From: an uncultured bacterium
GTDB lineage: Bacteria; Babelota; Babeliae; Babelales; Vermiphilaceae
NCBI GenBank assembly: GCA_963727255.1
Contig: CAVSFC010000002.1
Location: forward strand, 96,001-160,000
Length of the DNA stretch: 64,000 nt
Direction of reading: 5' to 3'
In this document: one piece after another, positions 54,155 through 64,000 of the stretch
Position numbering within the stretch: the first letter of the stretch is position 1
Layout of the letters: each line of letters starts with the position of its first letter
Notes under the pieces: model-generated
The model's input: only the letters and a program-made list of their open reading frames with translations
The model's database searches: none
What the model was told of the DNA's origin: nothing
Made by a program: the position numbers and the translations under genes

Positions 54155-54345
54155 CCTTGGGGATGTTAGGGGTTATAAAGCGCTGATCGGCTTAAAAGCC
54201 GATGTATCGCGCGGAATTCGCCAAAGCCTTATCCAGCCTACGTTTATCCGGGCCTTCCGGCTCGGCAAACTTCGGCGGATATTCTCCGCCATTCATCCCC
54301 AGGCTTAAAAAGCCTTGCGGTTTTCTGGCGTCGGAGAATAAAAAT
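54155..54345. mobile_element. Possible non-autonomous IS200/IS605-like remnant containing a palindromic repeat (54233-54283); boundaries approximate
   Basis: Two related hairpins TCGGCTTAAAAGCCGA and AGGCTTAAAAAGCCT; CATTCATCCCC...GGTTTTCTGGC end pattern; no transposase ORF. Confidence 0.45.
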
Positions 54346-54459
54346 AGGCATTTTGGAGTGTTTTTAGGCCATTTGGGAACGTTTTTTGAGTTTTAGGACA
54401 ATTACTATGAATTGTTAAATATAGCTGTTTTTAGCCCTTTTTTGGGTCAAAAATGCTAT

Positions 54460-54488
54460 TTGACAAGCCCTTTTTGTCATGCTATCAT
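54460..54488 (+). promoter_or_regulatory. Sigma70-type promoter with extended -10
   Basis: TTGACA-N17-TATCAT with TGc just before the -10. Confidence 0.65.
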
Positions 54489-54540
54489 TACTAATAGAAA
54501 TAATTAATTGTTAATTATTAGTCAGTTATAAGGAGTTTAT

Positions 54541-55113
54541 ATGAAATTATCAAATTATGTTCTTAAATGCCTCGGTTTAACCTGTCTTTTAGCAGGTGGA
54601 TCAGTGGTAGCAATGCAAATTCCAACCAAACAAGAAGCACTCGTTCAGTTAAAATTGGGTGGTTCTAAAGAGGCGTGGTATAAAAATGCTCAAAAGGCCA
54701 ATATAACCAGCCCTCTCATGGTACGAACTATAAATAATACCAGTGATATAGTCAAAACAATCCAACAAGGCCAAGGTAATATTTGGTGGGCTCAAATACC
54801 AAGCAAGAATCTCTTCCAAGATGAACTTTTTAACATGGATAAATTTACTGAAGAGTACCCACAGTATATCTTTAAGACCGCTGACAATGTTTATGTTATG
54901 AATTTTGAAAAAAATGCACCATACTTTAAAGCAGTTTTAGAGCGATTGGATATGGAACCAGGATTAGCTAAAAATACTTCTGATCAAGAGGTCATGGAAT
55001 TAGTAAAGATCTGTAATAAACTTCCTGTTCAAGAAGTTGAGAAAATCGTTCAAGGTGATGTTCTTAACGTAACGTTAAGCGATATTGCAAAGCTTGAGAT
55101 TTCACAAAAGTAA
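54541..55113 (+). CDS. Exported hypothetical protein (signal peptide then MQ)
   Basis: TAAGGAG RBS; MKLSNYVLKCLGLTCLLAGGSVVA|MQI. Confidence 0.75.
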   Translation: MKLSNYVLKCLGLTCLLAGGSVVAMQIPTKQEALVQLKLGGSKEAWYKNAQKANITSPLMVRTINNTSDIVKTIQQGQGNIWWAQIPSKNLFQDELFNMDKFTEEYPQYIFKTADNVYVMNFEKNAPYFKAVLERLDMEPGLAKNTSDQEVMELVKICNKLPVQEVEKIVQGDVLNVTLSDIAKLEISQK

Positions 55114-55132
55114 AATCAATTGTCTGATTTTC

Positions 55133-55170
55133 AAAAAATACGGAGGGCCTAAAAGCCCTCCATTTTTTTT
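55133..55170. terminator. Bidirectional terminator
   Basis: GGAGGGC-CTAAAA-GCCCTCC flanked by A and T tracts. Confidence 0.8.
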
Positions 55171-57276
55171 CTAAAAGCCCATATTTTTTAAGAATTCAAT
55201 TTGATTTGGCTCGCGGCCTAAGAAATCTTTGAGCATTTCATTCGCATCCTTGCTGCCACCTCTACCAATAACTTTATCAACGTACCGGCGGCCGACTACT
55301 GGATTGAGCAGGCCCTCCTTTTTGATCTGGCCAAACAGATCATGCGCAAATACTTCCGACCATAAATAGCCATAGTAACGAGCACCATAATTAGTAAGAT
55401 GGCCAAATGCAGCATAATGATGATCATCAGAATTATATTGAATACCGGTAATAAAGGTATCGAATAATTTTTTTCTCAGCGCTTCCAAATCAACATCCGG
55501 CCCATTATTAAAACAATGTAATGAGAAATTTGCTAACCATAATTGGCGTGATATTTGGAACCCTGTATCATAGGTACGCATTTTTAGAAGCGATTGGATA
55601 AGATCATCGGACAGTGATTGGCCTGTTTGATAATGATGGCTTACCATTTTTAGAATCTCAGGATTTTTCATCCATTCTTCAAGCATCTGCGATGGCATTT
55701 CTACAAAATCACGCTTCACGCCACCAGGGCCTGATTGTAAAACGATCTCAGTGCGCCCAAATAATGCATGTATCGCATGCCCAAACTCATGGAAAAACGT
55801 TGTTACATCGCGATATTTGAGCAACGAAGGTTTTTCTGCAGTCGATTTGGGAAAATTAGCAACAACAATTACTACCGCTAAATTTGGTTTACCATCAGCA
55901 AGATAGGTAGTTGGCACGATTGTTTGTTCGCATGCATGCGTGAATTTTCCTGGACGAGGGAAAAGATCCAAGAAGAGATAGCCCATCGTCTGCCCGGTAT
56001 CCTTATCAATCACTTCAATGAGTTTAACTTCAGGATCCCAAAGCCCTTTTGCAGGCAATTGCTTGAACTCGAGACTAAAAAATTCTTGATAGATTTTTAA
56101 GAGGCTATCAATGGTATGCTGCATCGGGAAATATTCGGCAACTTTATTTTCATCAAGATTAAGCGCAGTTTTTTTATAGTAATTTTTTAAAAACATCGTA
56201 TCCCATGGATACAGTTTTCCATCGGCAGTCAACGTTATTGATTCTGGTAGATTTTTAGTAAATTCTTTAAATTCAATTTTAGCTTTTGCCTTCGCTTTTA
56301 CTTTCTATCCCATTCAAAAACTGCTGCGCGCGCGCTGGCGAGCCGACCATCTGGCTATCAAGCTCTAATGCAGCATATGAATCAAAACCGAGCAAACGCG
56401 CAAGCTCATACCGTTTTGCAATAAGCTTTTCCAAAAGTTCTTTGTTTATTGGATAGGCACGATTTTGATAGGCTTGCCATAAATTTTTACGCGTCGCTGG
56501 AATTTTGCAATTCTCCATAACCTGAACATAGGTAGGCGTATCAGTTCCTAGCGTATAATTTCCTTCACCATCCTGTTTGAGCGATTTGATAAAGCTATCA
56601 CTTAAACCTGCAAGCCCTTCTTTATCAACCACAATTTGCGTTGATCTTCGGCAATATTTTTCTCAAAATCAATCTCAAGCTGTGCTATCTCTTTTTTAAT
56701 ACGTTTAACTTCGTTGAGCTTCTCATCAGGCAAATTAAGCCCTGAGCGCTCAAAATCTTTCATGGTTTCATCTAAAAAGTATTGCTGTTCTGGAGTAAGG
56801 TTTTCTTTCTTCGCATTGCCTTCAGCATAAGCTTTAAATGCTGCATATACCCGTTTATCACTGGTAATCTCTATAATATAATTTGAGATTTCAAGCATTG
56901 CATCGCGAGCCGCACTGCGCATTTTTTCATCAGGGTTTATAAGATCAACTGTCTGCGCAAGTGTTCCGAAGATCGCTAAATTAGAGAACCCCAGTAAGCG
57001 ATCGAATGCCAATATGGTATTTGCATACGTGCGTTGATCATCGGGTATCGCAAGAATGATATTAAGTTCCTTTTTTGATTCTTCAATTACGGTTTTGACC
57101 CCAGTTTTTATCTGAGAAACTGAGGTAGGGAAAATTGCAATCGCATCAGCGCTTGATTGTATATTAGTAAGATCATGAGCATGGAGCATAGTGGACTTTC
57201 GAAAAACAAAAAATAATGAACTGCCTAAAATTGCGGCACCAAGAATGAAGCCGACTCTGAAAACATTATTACTCAT
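55171..57276 (-). CDS. M3A family (thimet-like) oligopeptidase with N-terminal anchor (two apparent frameshifts)
   Basis: FFHEFGHAIH; DFVEMPSQMLEEW; FGHL..Y..RYYGYLWSEV; FLGREPN. Confidence 0.92.
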
Positions 57277-57292
57277 AAAAATTCCTTTTTAT

Positions 57293-59276
57293 TTATTTCA
57301 CTTCTTCCAATTTTTTTTTCAAAGAAAACCATTCATCGCGCAATGCAATAGCCTTTTCAAAATCAAGCGATTCGGCCGCTTGGCTCATTTCAATTTCAAT
57401 TTCTGCGATGCGCATTTCAATTGCTTGCGGAGTTTCTGGCAACGCTTTTTTCTGCTTCTTGGCCTTATAAGTAGATGCCTCAGCAATCGCTTTTTGCAGA
57501 TCAGTAATACTTTTGGTAACTTCCCGCTTAACGCTGACCGGCGTTATGCCATGCTCCTTATTAAATTCTTGTTGCAATGTTCTACGGCGACTCGTCTCAT
57601 CCATTGCTTGCTTCATTGACTGAGTTATCTTATCCGCATAGAGCAATACTTTAGCCTGCGTATTACGCGCAGCACGGCCAATAATCTGAATAAGTGATCG
57701 CTTATCCCGCAAGAAACTTTCTATATCCGCATCCATGATAGCAACAAGTGCAAGTTCAGGCAAATCGATACCTTCGCGCAATAAGATTTACCCCAACCAA
57801 ACAATCAAAAATGCCTAAGCGCAATTTTTGCAGCAGTTCAGTTCGTTGCGGTGTTTTTAATTCACTATGCAAATAACATACTTTAATTTGGCGCTCTTCC
57901 AAATAACGCGCCATATCTTCAGCAAGTTTTTTGGTGAGTACGATTACTAAACTTCTAAATCCTTTTTCAGTAGTTTCTTTAATTTCACGAACCAAATCAT
58001 CAATTTGGCCAATGCGCGGGCGCACTTGGACTTCAGGATCAACAAAACCGGTTGGCCTAATAATTTGCTCAACAATCGAATTTGAATGCTGCAATTCATA
58101 TTCGCCTGGCGTTGCAGAAACAAAGATCACATCTTTAAAATAAGTCTCAATTTCTTCAAATTTGAGCGGACGATTATCAAATGCAGAAGGCAATCTGAAT
58201 CCAAACTCGATCAATGATTTTTTGCGCGCATGATCACCCGCATACATGCCCCGCAATTGCGGCAATGCCATATGCGATTCATCAATAACCAATAAAAAAT
58301 CTTCTTCAAAGAAATCAAAAAGAGAAAATGGCTTTTCTCCCCGCGCCCGTCCATCAAAATGGGCTGAATAGTTTTCAATTCCCGAGCAATAGCCAACTTC
58401 TTGCAACATTTCAAAATCATGCGCAACACGTTTTTCAATACGTTCGCGATAAATTGGATTGGACAAGCGTCGGCGCCCAATCCATTAATTCACTTCTAAT
58501 ACTTTGCGGCTGCAGTTTTTAATTGCGCATCGGTGGTAACAAAATGTTTTGCAGGAAAAATAATCGTATTATCAACATCTTGCATCACCTTATTATTCCC
58601 TTTTGTGACCCAATGCATAGCCTCGATCGTATCGCCAAAGAGCTCAATACGAAGTTTTTCTTTTTGATACGGAATTTGCACTTCAATGGAATTACCCATC
58701 ACCTGAAAGGTGCCTGAGCGGCGATCCATTTCATTGCGTTCATATTGAATATGAATCAATTTGTGAATCAGATCTTTTCGGCTTATTTTTTGGCCAACGG
58801 TCAAGCGGTAATGCTAATTTTTGATAATCTTGCGGATTGCCCAGCGAATAAATGCAGGAAACTGAGGCAACAATAATAACATCTTTGCGATGCATCAATG
58901 AAGCCGCCGCCTCAACGCGCAAGCGTTCAATTTCACTATTTACCTTGGTTTCTTTGGGCACATAAATATCCTGAGCCGGCAAATAGGATTCCGGTTGATA
59001 ATAGTCATAATAGCTGACAAAATAGCAGACCTTATTTTCCGGGAAAAAGAGGGAAAATTCTTCATATAATTGGGCGGCCAAGGTTTTATTGGGAGCAAGG
59101 ATCAAAACCGGTTTATTTTGATTGGCAATGGCATTGGCAATGGTATAGGTTTTACCCGATCCGGTTACCCCTAAAAGCGTAGAAATGCCCGGGCGAGCCT
59201 GGCTGAGCTTCTTTATTGCCTCAGGCTGGCTTCCGGCAGGCTTAAAAGGAGTGTGCAATTTGAATAATTTTCCCAT
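57293..59276 (-). CDS. uvrB: Excinuclease ABC subunit UvrB (at least three apparent frameshifts)
   Basis: [61 protein letters not shown]-terminal UVR domain. Confidence 0.97.
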
Positions 59277-59619
59277 GACAACCTCTATTTTTTAAAATGA
59301 GCTAAATTAAACTATAGCATAAACATGAAACTATGGCAAAGCATCGCTCTAAAGAGCTTTTCTTATACTCAAGTGGATGGCAGCCCTCTAGAGGGCCGCT
59401 CTAATTGAAATAAAAAAAAATATACTAAGATTCACAGAAAAGCTCGTTCCCCTGCCTACTATTAATCGAGGCTATAATGATGCAAAAAAACACCATATCT
59501 ATCTGTATAATGGCGTGCTTAACATTGATGAGCAGTCGCGGCGCTCTAAGAGATTGCAGAGAGATAAACAAACGAACTGAATTGCAGTTTAGAGGCAAAT
59601 GATTATTGATTATTCATTG

Positions 59620-59656
59620 AAAAAAAGCAAGAGGCCATCTTCTGGATGGCCTCTTC
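59620..59656 (-). terminator. Terminator downstream of the fibre gene
   Basis: AAGAGGCCATC-TTCTG-GATGGCCTCTT with adjacent A-tract. Confidence 0.75.
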
Positions 59657-59668
59657 TAATACTCGCTT

Positions 59669-61754
59669 TTATAAAAGGCAATAAGTACAAGAGAAAGCAT
59701 TAAAATTATAAGATGGCGCCGTCGGAAAATTGAAAGTCGTATCTGCTGGATTTTGAATGTAAATATATCCAGTTTGTCTTTGTATTGCAACTGTTGCTAC
59801 ATAGGGAGTTGGATTCGAGCCTGTAGATTGAGCATAAGTTACGCCAATTTCTACTACATCAGTCCCGGCAGGAATGAAACGGCTTGGTACTGCCACAGTA
59901 CTTCTTATTTGTCCTGCACCTCCTGTTGCTGGAATGGCATCGACAGCTTCAACAAATATTGAAACAATGTCACCAATGCGGAAAAAGGTAAACGTAGTAC
60001 CTGCTACCGCAGTATTTGTTCCTGTTGACTCCCAACTAGTTGTGAAGCTGTATTGCTCATAATAGTTTAAGGGAGCAATTGTGCCACCTGCTTGGCCTGC
60101 GCCAGGCATATAGATATTGCCGCCCATACAAAGATCCAGTGCCACACTCATGCCACCATATACTTGCAATGCACCACCTGTGGCCGCTCCGCTCGCCGAT
60201 TCACTACAATTTGTTGTATTAGTAATGATTAAACTTGCTGCAGTCGGCCCCACAGAACCAGTAGCTCCGGTCGCTCCAGTGTTCCCTTGAGAACCCGTAG
60301 CACCCGTTGCTCCAGTATTCCCTTGAGAACCGAGTAGCACCCGTTGGTCCCGTATTACCTTGCGTCCCGGTTCCTCCCGTGGCCCCCGCTATTCCGGTTG
60401 CACCAGTAAACCCAGTCGCTCCAGTATTTCCTGCTGCACCAGTTGCTCCTGTTGCACCAGTATTACCTGATGATCCTGTTACGCCTGTTGCTCCTGTTGC
60501 ACCAGTAGCGCCGGTTATTCCGGTAGCACCAATTGATCCCGGTCCGCTAAAGCCGCCTAATGAAGTTACCGTTCCGCAAACGTTTAAATTGCCTGCAATG
60601 CCGACACCACCGCTCACCGTAAGGGCGCCATTTGTGCAGCCGGTGCTTTGAGCTGTGTTGCTAAACTTGGCTGCGCCAGTCACATTCAAATTATTCGTAT
60701 TTAATACATTAGTTACATTGAAATTGGTTGCAGTGCCGGTACCAGCAATAGTTATATTATTAACCGTCGAGTTGCCAGTCACATTTAAATTATTAAATGT
60801 ACCGGTGCCACCAACCGTCAGATTGTTATTGACTGTCTCATTGTTAATAATAGCGGTACCACCAACTATTAAATTATTCGTTACACCAAAATTATTTGCG
60901 GTGCCAGTACCTTGGATGGTGATATTTTGAACGGTTGTGTTGCCGGTGACATACAGATTATTAAATGTTCCGGTACCACCAACATTCAGATTATTAGTAA
61001 CCGTTTCATTATTAATAACTGCCGTGCCACCAACAGTGAGATTATTAGTTACATTAAAATTGTTTGCGGTGCCGGTGCCTTGTATCGTTATATTATTTAC
61101 GGTAACGGGTCCACTAAAATTAGATGGACCACTCACATTGAGATTATTAACCGTTAATGTACCGGTTACCGTTAAATTATCATAGGAAATTGTGCCAGTA
61201 CCTGTAATTACAATATTATTAATTATACCCGTGCCAAGCACATTCAAATTTTGAACCGTTGCATTGTTGCACACATTAAGATTATTGCCAAGAATACTTC
61301 CGCAGACCGTGAGATTATCAAGAATTCCTGCGCTTCCCAATACTTCTAAGGTGAGATTCGGGCCCGTGCAGCCGGAAATACCACCAGAGCAACCCGGTAC
61401 CGAGCGCAATTCATTTGAAAGTAATTGGTTACTTCTGAAGCCGCCGGCGGTTATGGTACCGCAAACATTAAGATCGCCCCCGATTGCCTCTCCACCAGCA
61501 ACTACCAATGCGCCATCAAAACAGCTGGTTGTTGGCGTTGTATCCGAAATAAAAACAGGAGCGCTAAATGTCGCATCTCCGGTTGCCGTTATGGTCCCTA
61601 CCGTTAAGCAAGGGGTAACTAGCCCGCACGGAAACGCCGCAGGTGTCCCGCTACATCCGCCGCGCATAATAGCCTCATCTTCTGATGGCAGTATATATCC
61701 ATAGCTCGCCAAAACGCTTATCAAAAGAATTAATACCTTATTTGGTCTTCCCAT
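59669..61754 (-). CDS. Exported fibre/adhesin: beta-solenoid repeats, collagen-like GXX region and C-terminal head (frameshift near 60330)
   Basis: AAGGAG RBS; signal peptide; N/V/T/G-rich 56-aa repeats; GAT/GNT triplets continuing into ORF 59669..60340. Confidence 0.85.
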
Positions 61755-61822
61755 TCTAGTTCTCCTTAAATAGTTTTTTTTTAGAACACTCTTTTATGTC
61801 ATACGAAATTTTAATAAGATGA

Positions 61823-62482
61823 TCAAGGGAATTGCTTAACCCCAAGTTTTTGCCAATCTTTGGCGAATTTCTCGATTCCTTGATCTGTCAACGGATTAGA
61901 CACTGATTTTTCAAAAACTTCTATCGGAAGCGTTACTGCATCGGCTCCTGCTGTAATTGCCTCATGAAAATTCTGAACACTGCGGATCGATGCAGCCAAA
62001 ATTTTTGTTTCATAGCCATAAAAATCGATCATCTCCCGCATTTGCGGAATAAATGCCATCCCATCAACATCAATATCATCCCAACGCCCGACGAATGGAG
62101 AAATATAATACACACCGAGCTTGCACATCATCAGGCTCTGCAAAACCGTAAATACAAGTGTGATATTAAGTTTGACCTCTTCATCAACTAATTTTTTTAT
62201 CAATTCATAATACTTCACATGGCATGGAATTTTTACCCAGATGTTATCAGCAAGCTTAGAAATTTTTTTTGCTTGTTCGTACATTTTTTTTGGATCTAAA
62301 TTGGTTACCTCAACACTAATTTGCCCTTCTGGCAATAGCTTGCAAATTTGCATAACAACTTTCTTCGGATCACCACCTTCTTTACTCAAATGAGTTGGAT
62401 TGGTAGTAATACCGTCAATAATACCGATTTCTGACCATTTTTTTATTGCGATCACGTCAGCAGTATCAAGAAAAATCTTCAT
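61823..62482 (-). CDS. tal: Transaldolase / fructose-6-phosphate aldolase (short TalC/FSA type)
   Basis: MKIFLDTA; DGITTNPT; ISVEV; VKIP; NITLVF; SPFVGR.DD; ILAASIR. Confidence 0.93.
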   Translation of the reverse strand: MKIFLDTADVIAIKKWSEIGIIDGITTNPTHLSKEGGDPKKVVMQICKLLPEGQISVEVTNLDPKKMYEQAKKISKLADNIWVKIPCHVKYYELIKKLVDEEVKLNITLVFTVLQSLMMCKLGVYYISPFVGRWDDIDVDGMAFIPQMREMIDFYGYETKILAASIRSVQNFHEAITAGADAVTLPIEVFEKSVSNPLTDQGIEKFAKDWQKLGVKQFP

Positions 62483-62499
62483 CGCCTTCTCCATAAAAT

Positions 62500-64000
62500 T
62501 TATCTAAGCACATAAAAAACGATCATAGTAACAAGAAACCAAAGACCCGTTTGCACCGGCCAAAATAGCGTTATTAAATAGGGTGAAATTCTATGATCAA
62601 TAAACGCCTTAAACTGGCTCACGCGCAATAATAGCGCATGTAAAATCAAAATAAATAATGAAACATAGGTAAAGAAGAAAAAGTATTCTAAATAAAGAAG
62701 CTCTCCCGCCTGATATTGATTGCGCAAGGTTTGGTGCAAAATAATCAGCGAGAAAAATAATGCGGTATACGCACTAATTGATTTGAACGCATCAGTTTGC
62801 AAATGCCCCTTATAACTCAATAAGAAGATCGTATACAAAGTAAATAAAATAATAAGTAACGGTAAAAGATAAATTATCAGAGGGTTAGTGAGTTTGCGTT
62901 CTAAGATGATGTTATAATGAAGTTGCACATTTTCAGTAACATTGCGAATCGTTTCGAGGCCAACTTCATTAATCTGAGTTATCGTTTCAAAACTGAAGAA
63001 TGATAATTCACGATTAAATCCGGGGATCACCAGCTCGCTATTGAGACCGGGCAATGGATCAATATCAAGTGATTGATAGCCGCTAAAATCCGGCACTAAA
63101 ACGATATTTTTTTCAAAGTCCGCAGAAGCAAGAATAATATTGATATGTACCCGATCAAACGGAAACCAAGAAAACCTATGCTTCTGAGCAAACGTTGCCT
63201 GAATATTCCAACCAATTAATTTCTCATCTGCATTTTCCCTTCGAACCACCTCTTCTGCAGTATACTTTGCAGCATCAGGGAATCTTATTCCCTCTTTAAC
63301 AGTAAGCCCCTTCTTAATTTTTTGCCAAACATAGCCTGAGATTACCACTTGATTCCAATTAGAAAGATTAAGTGATTGAATAATAATACCCGTATATATT
63401 GGTATGGGCCGTTGTTCGCTCCGCTGAGCAGCGTCAAAATCAAGAAATCCAAGATATTTATCAATACCGGTTTGATCGCGCACCAAAATAATATCTGAAG
63501 AGGGTTGATAATCTGATCTATGGAGCATGATCCAGTAGGCGCAAACTCCTCCAGCAAAAATGAGCGTACTGAGAATCGCCCATACCTGCAATCGCCGAGA
63601 GGCAGCGAATTTCATCCGGCTTATGATTAATGCTAAAAAGAGCATTGATAGCACGATGCTTACATAAATCCAAATCTGCTGTTTATGCAACGCTTCTATT
63701 GGCAATTCAAATGATTCATCTGAAAAAAGGGTGGCAACTGTCCAGCCAATCGAAGGAATTCTTTCATAGGCGATCCAATGCTGTAATAAACTTTTTGGAT
63801 CGTAATAGGTTCCGAATCCGGTACAACCCTTTTTGATTTGTTCAGCAATATTTTTTAAATCAAGATTATTAGCTTCTTTAGTAATATCTAAAAGATTTAT
63901 TCGTTCTTTTACATATTGTTCTAATGGATGATAAATAAAAGTATTTTGAGCAGAAAGAAGCAGGGCATACCCGGTCTTTCCTACCTCGTTAAGCCGTAAA
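62500..64000 (-). CDS. Cache-domain / pentameric ligand-gated ion channel fusion (5' end beyond window; frameshift near 63800)
   Basis: WFPFD Pro-loop, ILER...YLLPL and four C-terminal TMs; upstream manual translation GKTGYALLLS...FIYHP and WIAYERIPSIGWTVA (Cache-like). Confidence 0.75.
   Translation of the reverse strand, partial: LRLNEVGKTGYALLLSAQNTFIYHPLEQYVKERINLLDITKEANNLDLKNIAEQIKKGCTGFGTYYDPKSLLQHWIAYERIPSIGWTVATLFSDESFELPIEALHKQQIWIYVSIVLSMLFLALIISRMKFAASRRLQVWAILSTLIFAGGVCAYWIMLHRSDYQPSSDIILVRDQTGIDKYLGFLDFDAAQRSEQRPIPIYTGIIIQSLNLSNWNQVVISGYVWQKIKKGLTVKEGIRFPDAAKYTAEEVVRRENADEKLIGWNIQATFAQKHRFSWFPFDRVHINIILASADFEKNIVLVPDFSGYQSLDIDPLPGLNSELVIPGFNRELSFFSFETITQINEVGLETIRNVTENVQLHYNIILERKLTNPLIIYLLPLLIILFTLYTIFLLSYKGHLQTDAFKSISAYTALFFSLIILHQTLRNQYQAGELLYLEYFFFFTYVSLFILILHALLLRVSQFKAFIDHRISPYLITLFWPVQTGLWFLVTMIVFYVLR

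Noticed and set aside
59477..59602. 41-codon ORF with a signal-like start (MMQKNTISICIMACLTLM)
   Set aside because: Too short, no clear RBS or recognisable motif; at most a gene remnant.

Overview
AT-rich bacterial chromosome segment, most consistent with an intracellular protist parasite of phylum Dependentiae (TM6/Babeliae). This placement is inferred from gene content and style only, not from a marker gene. Housekeeping genes (groES-groEL, rpe, msrAB, tRNA-Arg(UCU), aquaporin, partial atpE-F'-F-H-A operon, recD2, recO, large MscS, M3 peptidase, uvrB, transaldolase) are mixed with many signal-peptide-bearing orphan or eukaryote-like genes. The main pattern: 17 mostly unrelated exported proteins have Met directly after the predicted signal-peptide cleavage site, and 16 of them continue with E/D/Q/N. 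This group includes two C2H2 zinc-finger proteins, a Skp1-ankyrin fusion, a Sel1-repeat protein, a PLD/Nuc-like protein with an NLS and Inc-like membrane proteins, whereas ordinary envelope enzymes and porins lack the motif. This suggests an effector class with a PEXEL-like or NatB-like neo-N-terminus. A second system is a family of short palindromic repeats that nest in each other and sit in frame inside genes (recD2, a porin, the MscS gene). Also present: a Cache-pentameric ligand-gated channel fusion, a circularly permuted D-amino acid oxidase, a tandem family with repeated HP-TM anchors, and a collagen/beta-solenoid fibre. Many essential genes are frameshifted (about 1-21 kb and 47-64 kb), most likely from assembly indel errors, so frame-dependent claims in those zones need read-level confirmation.
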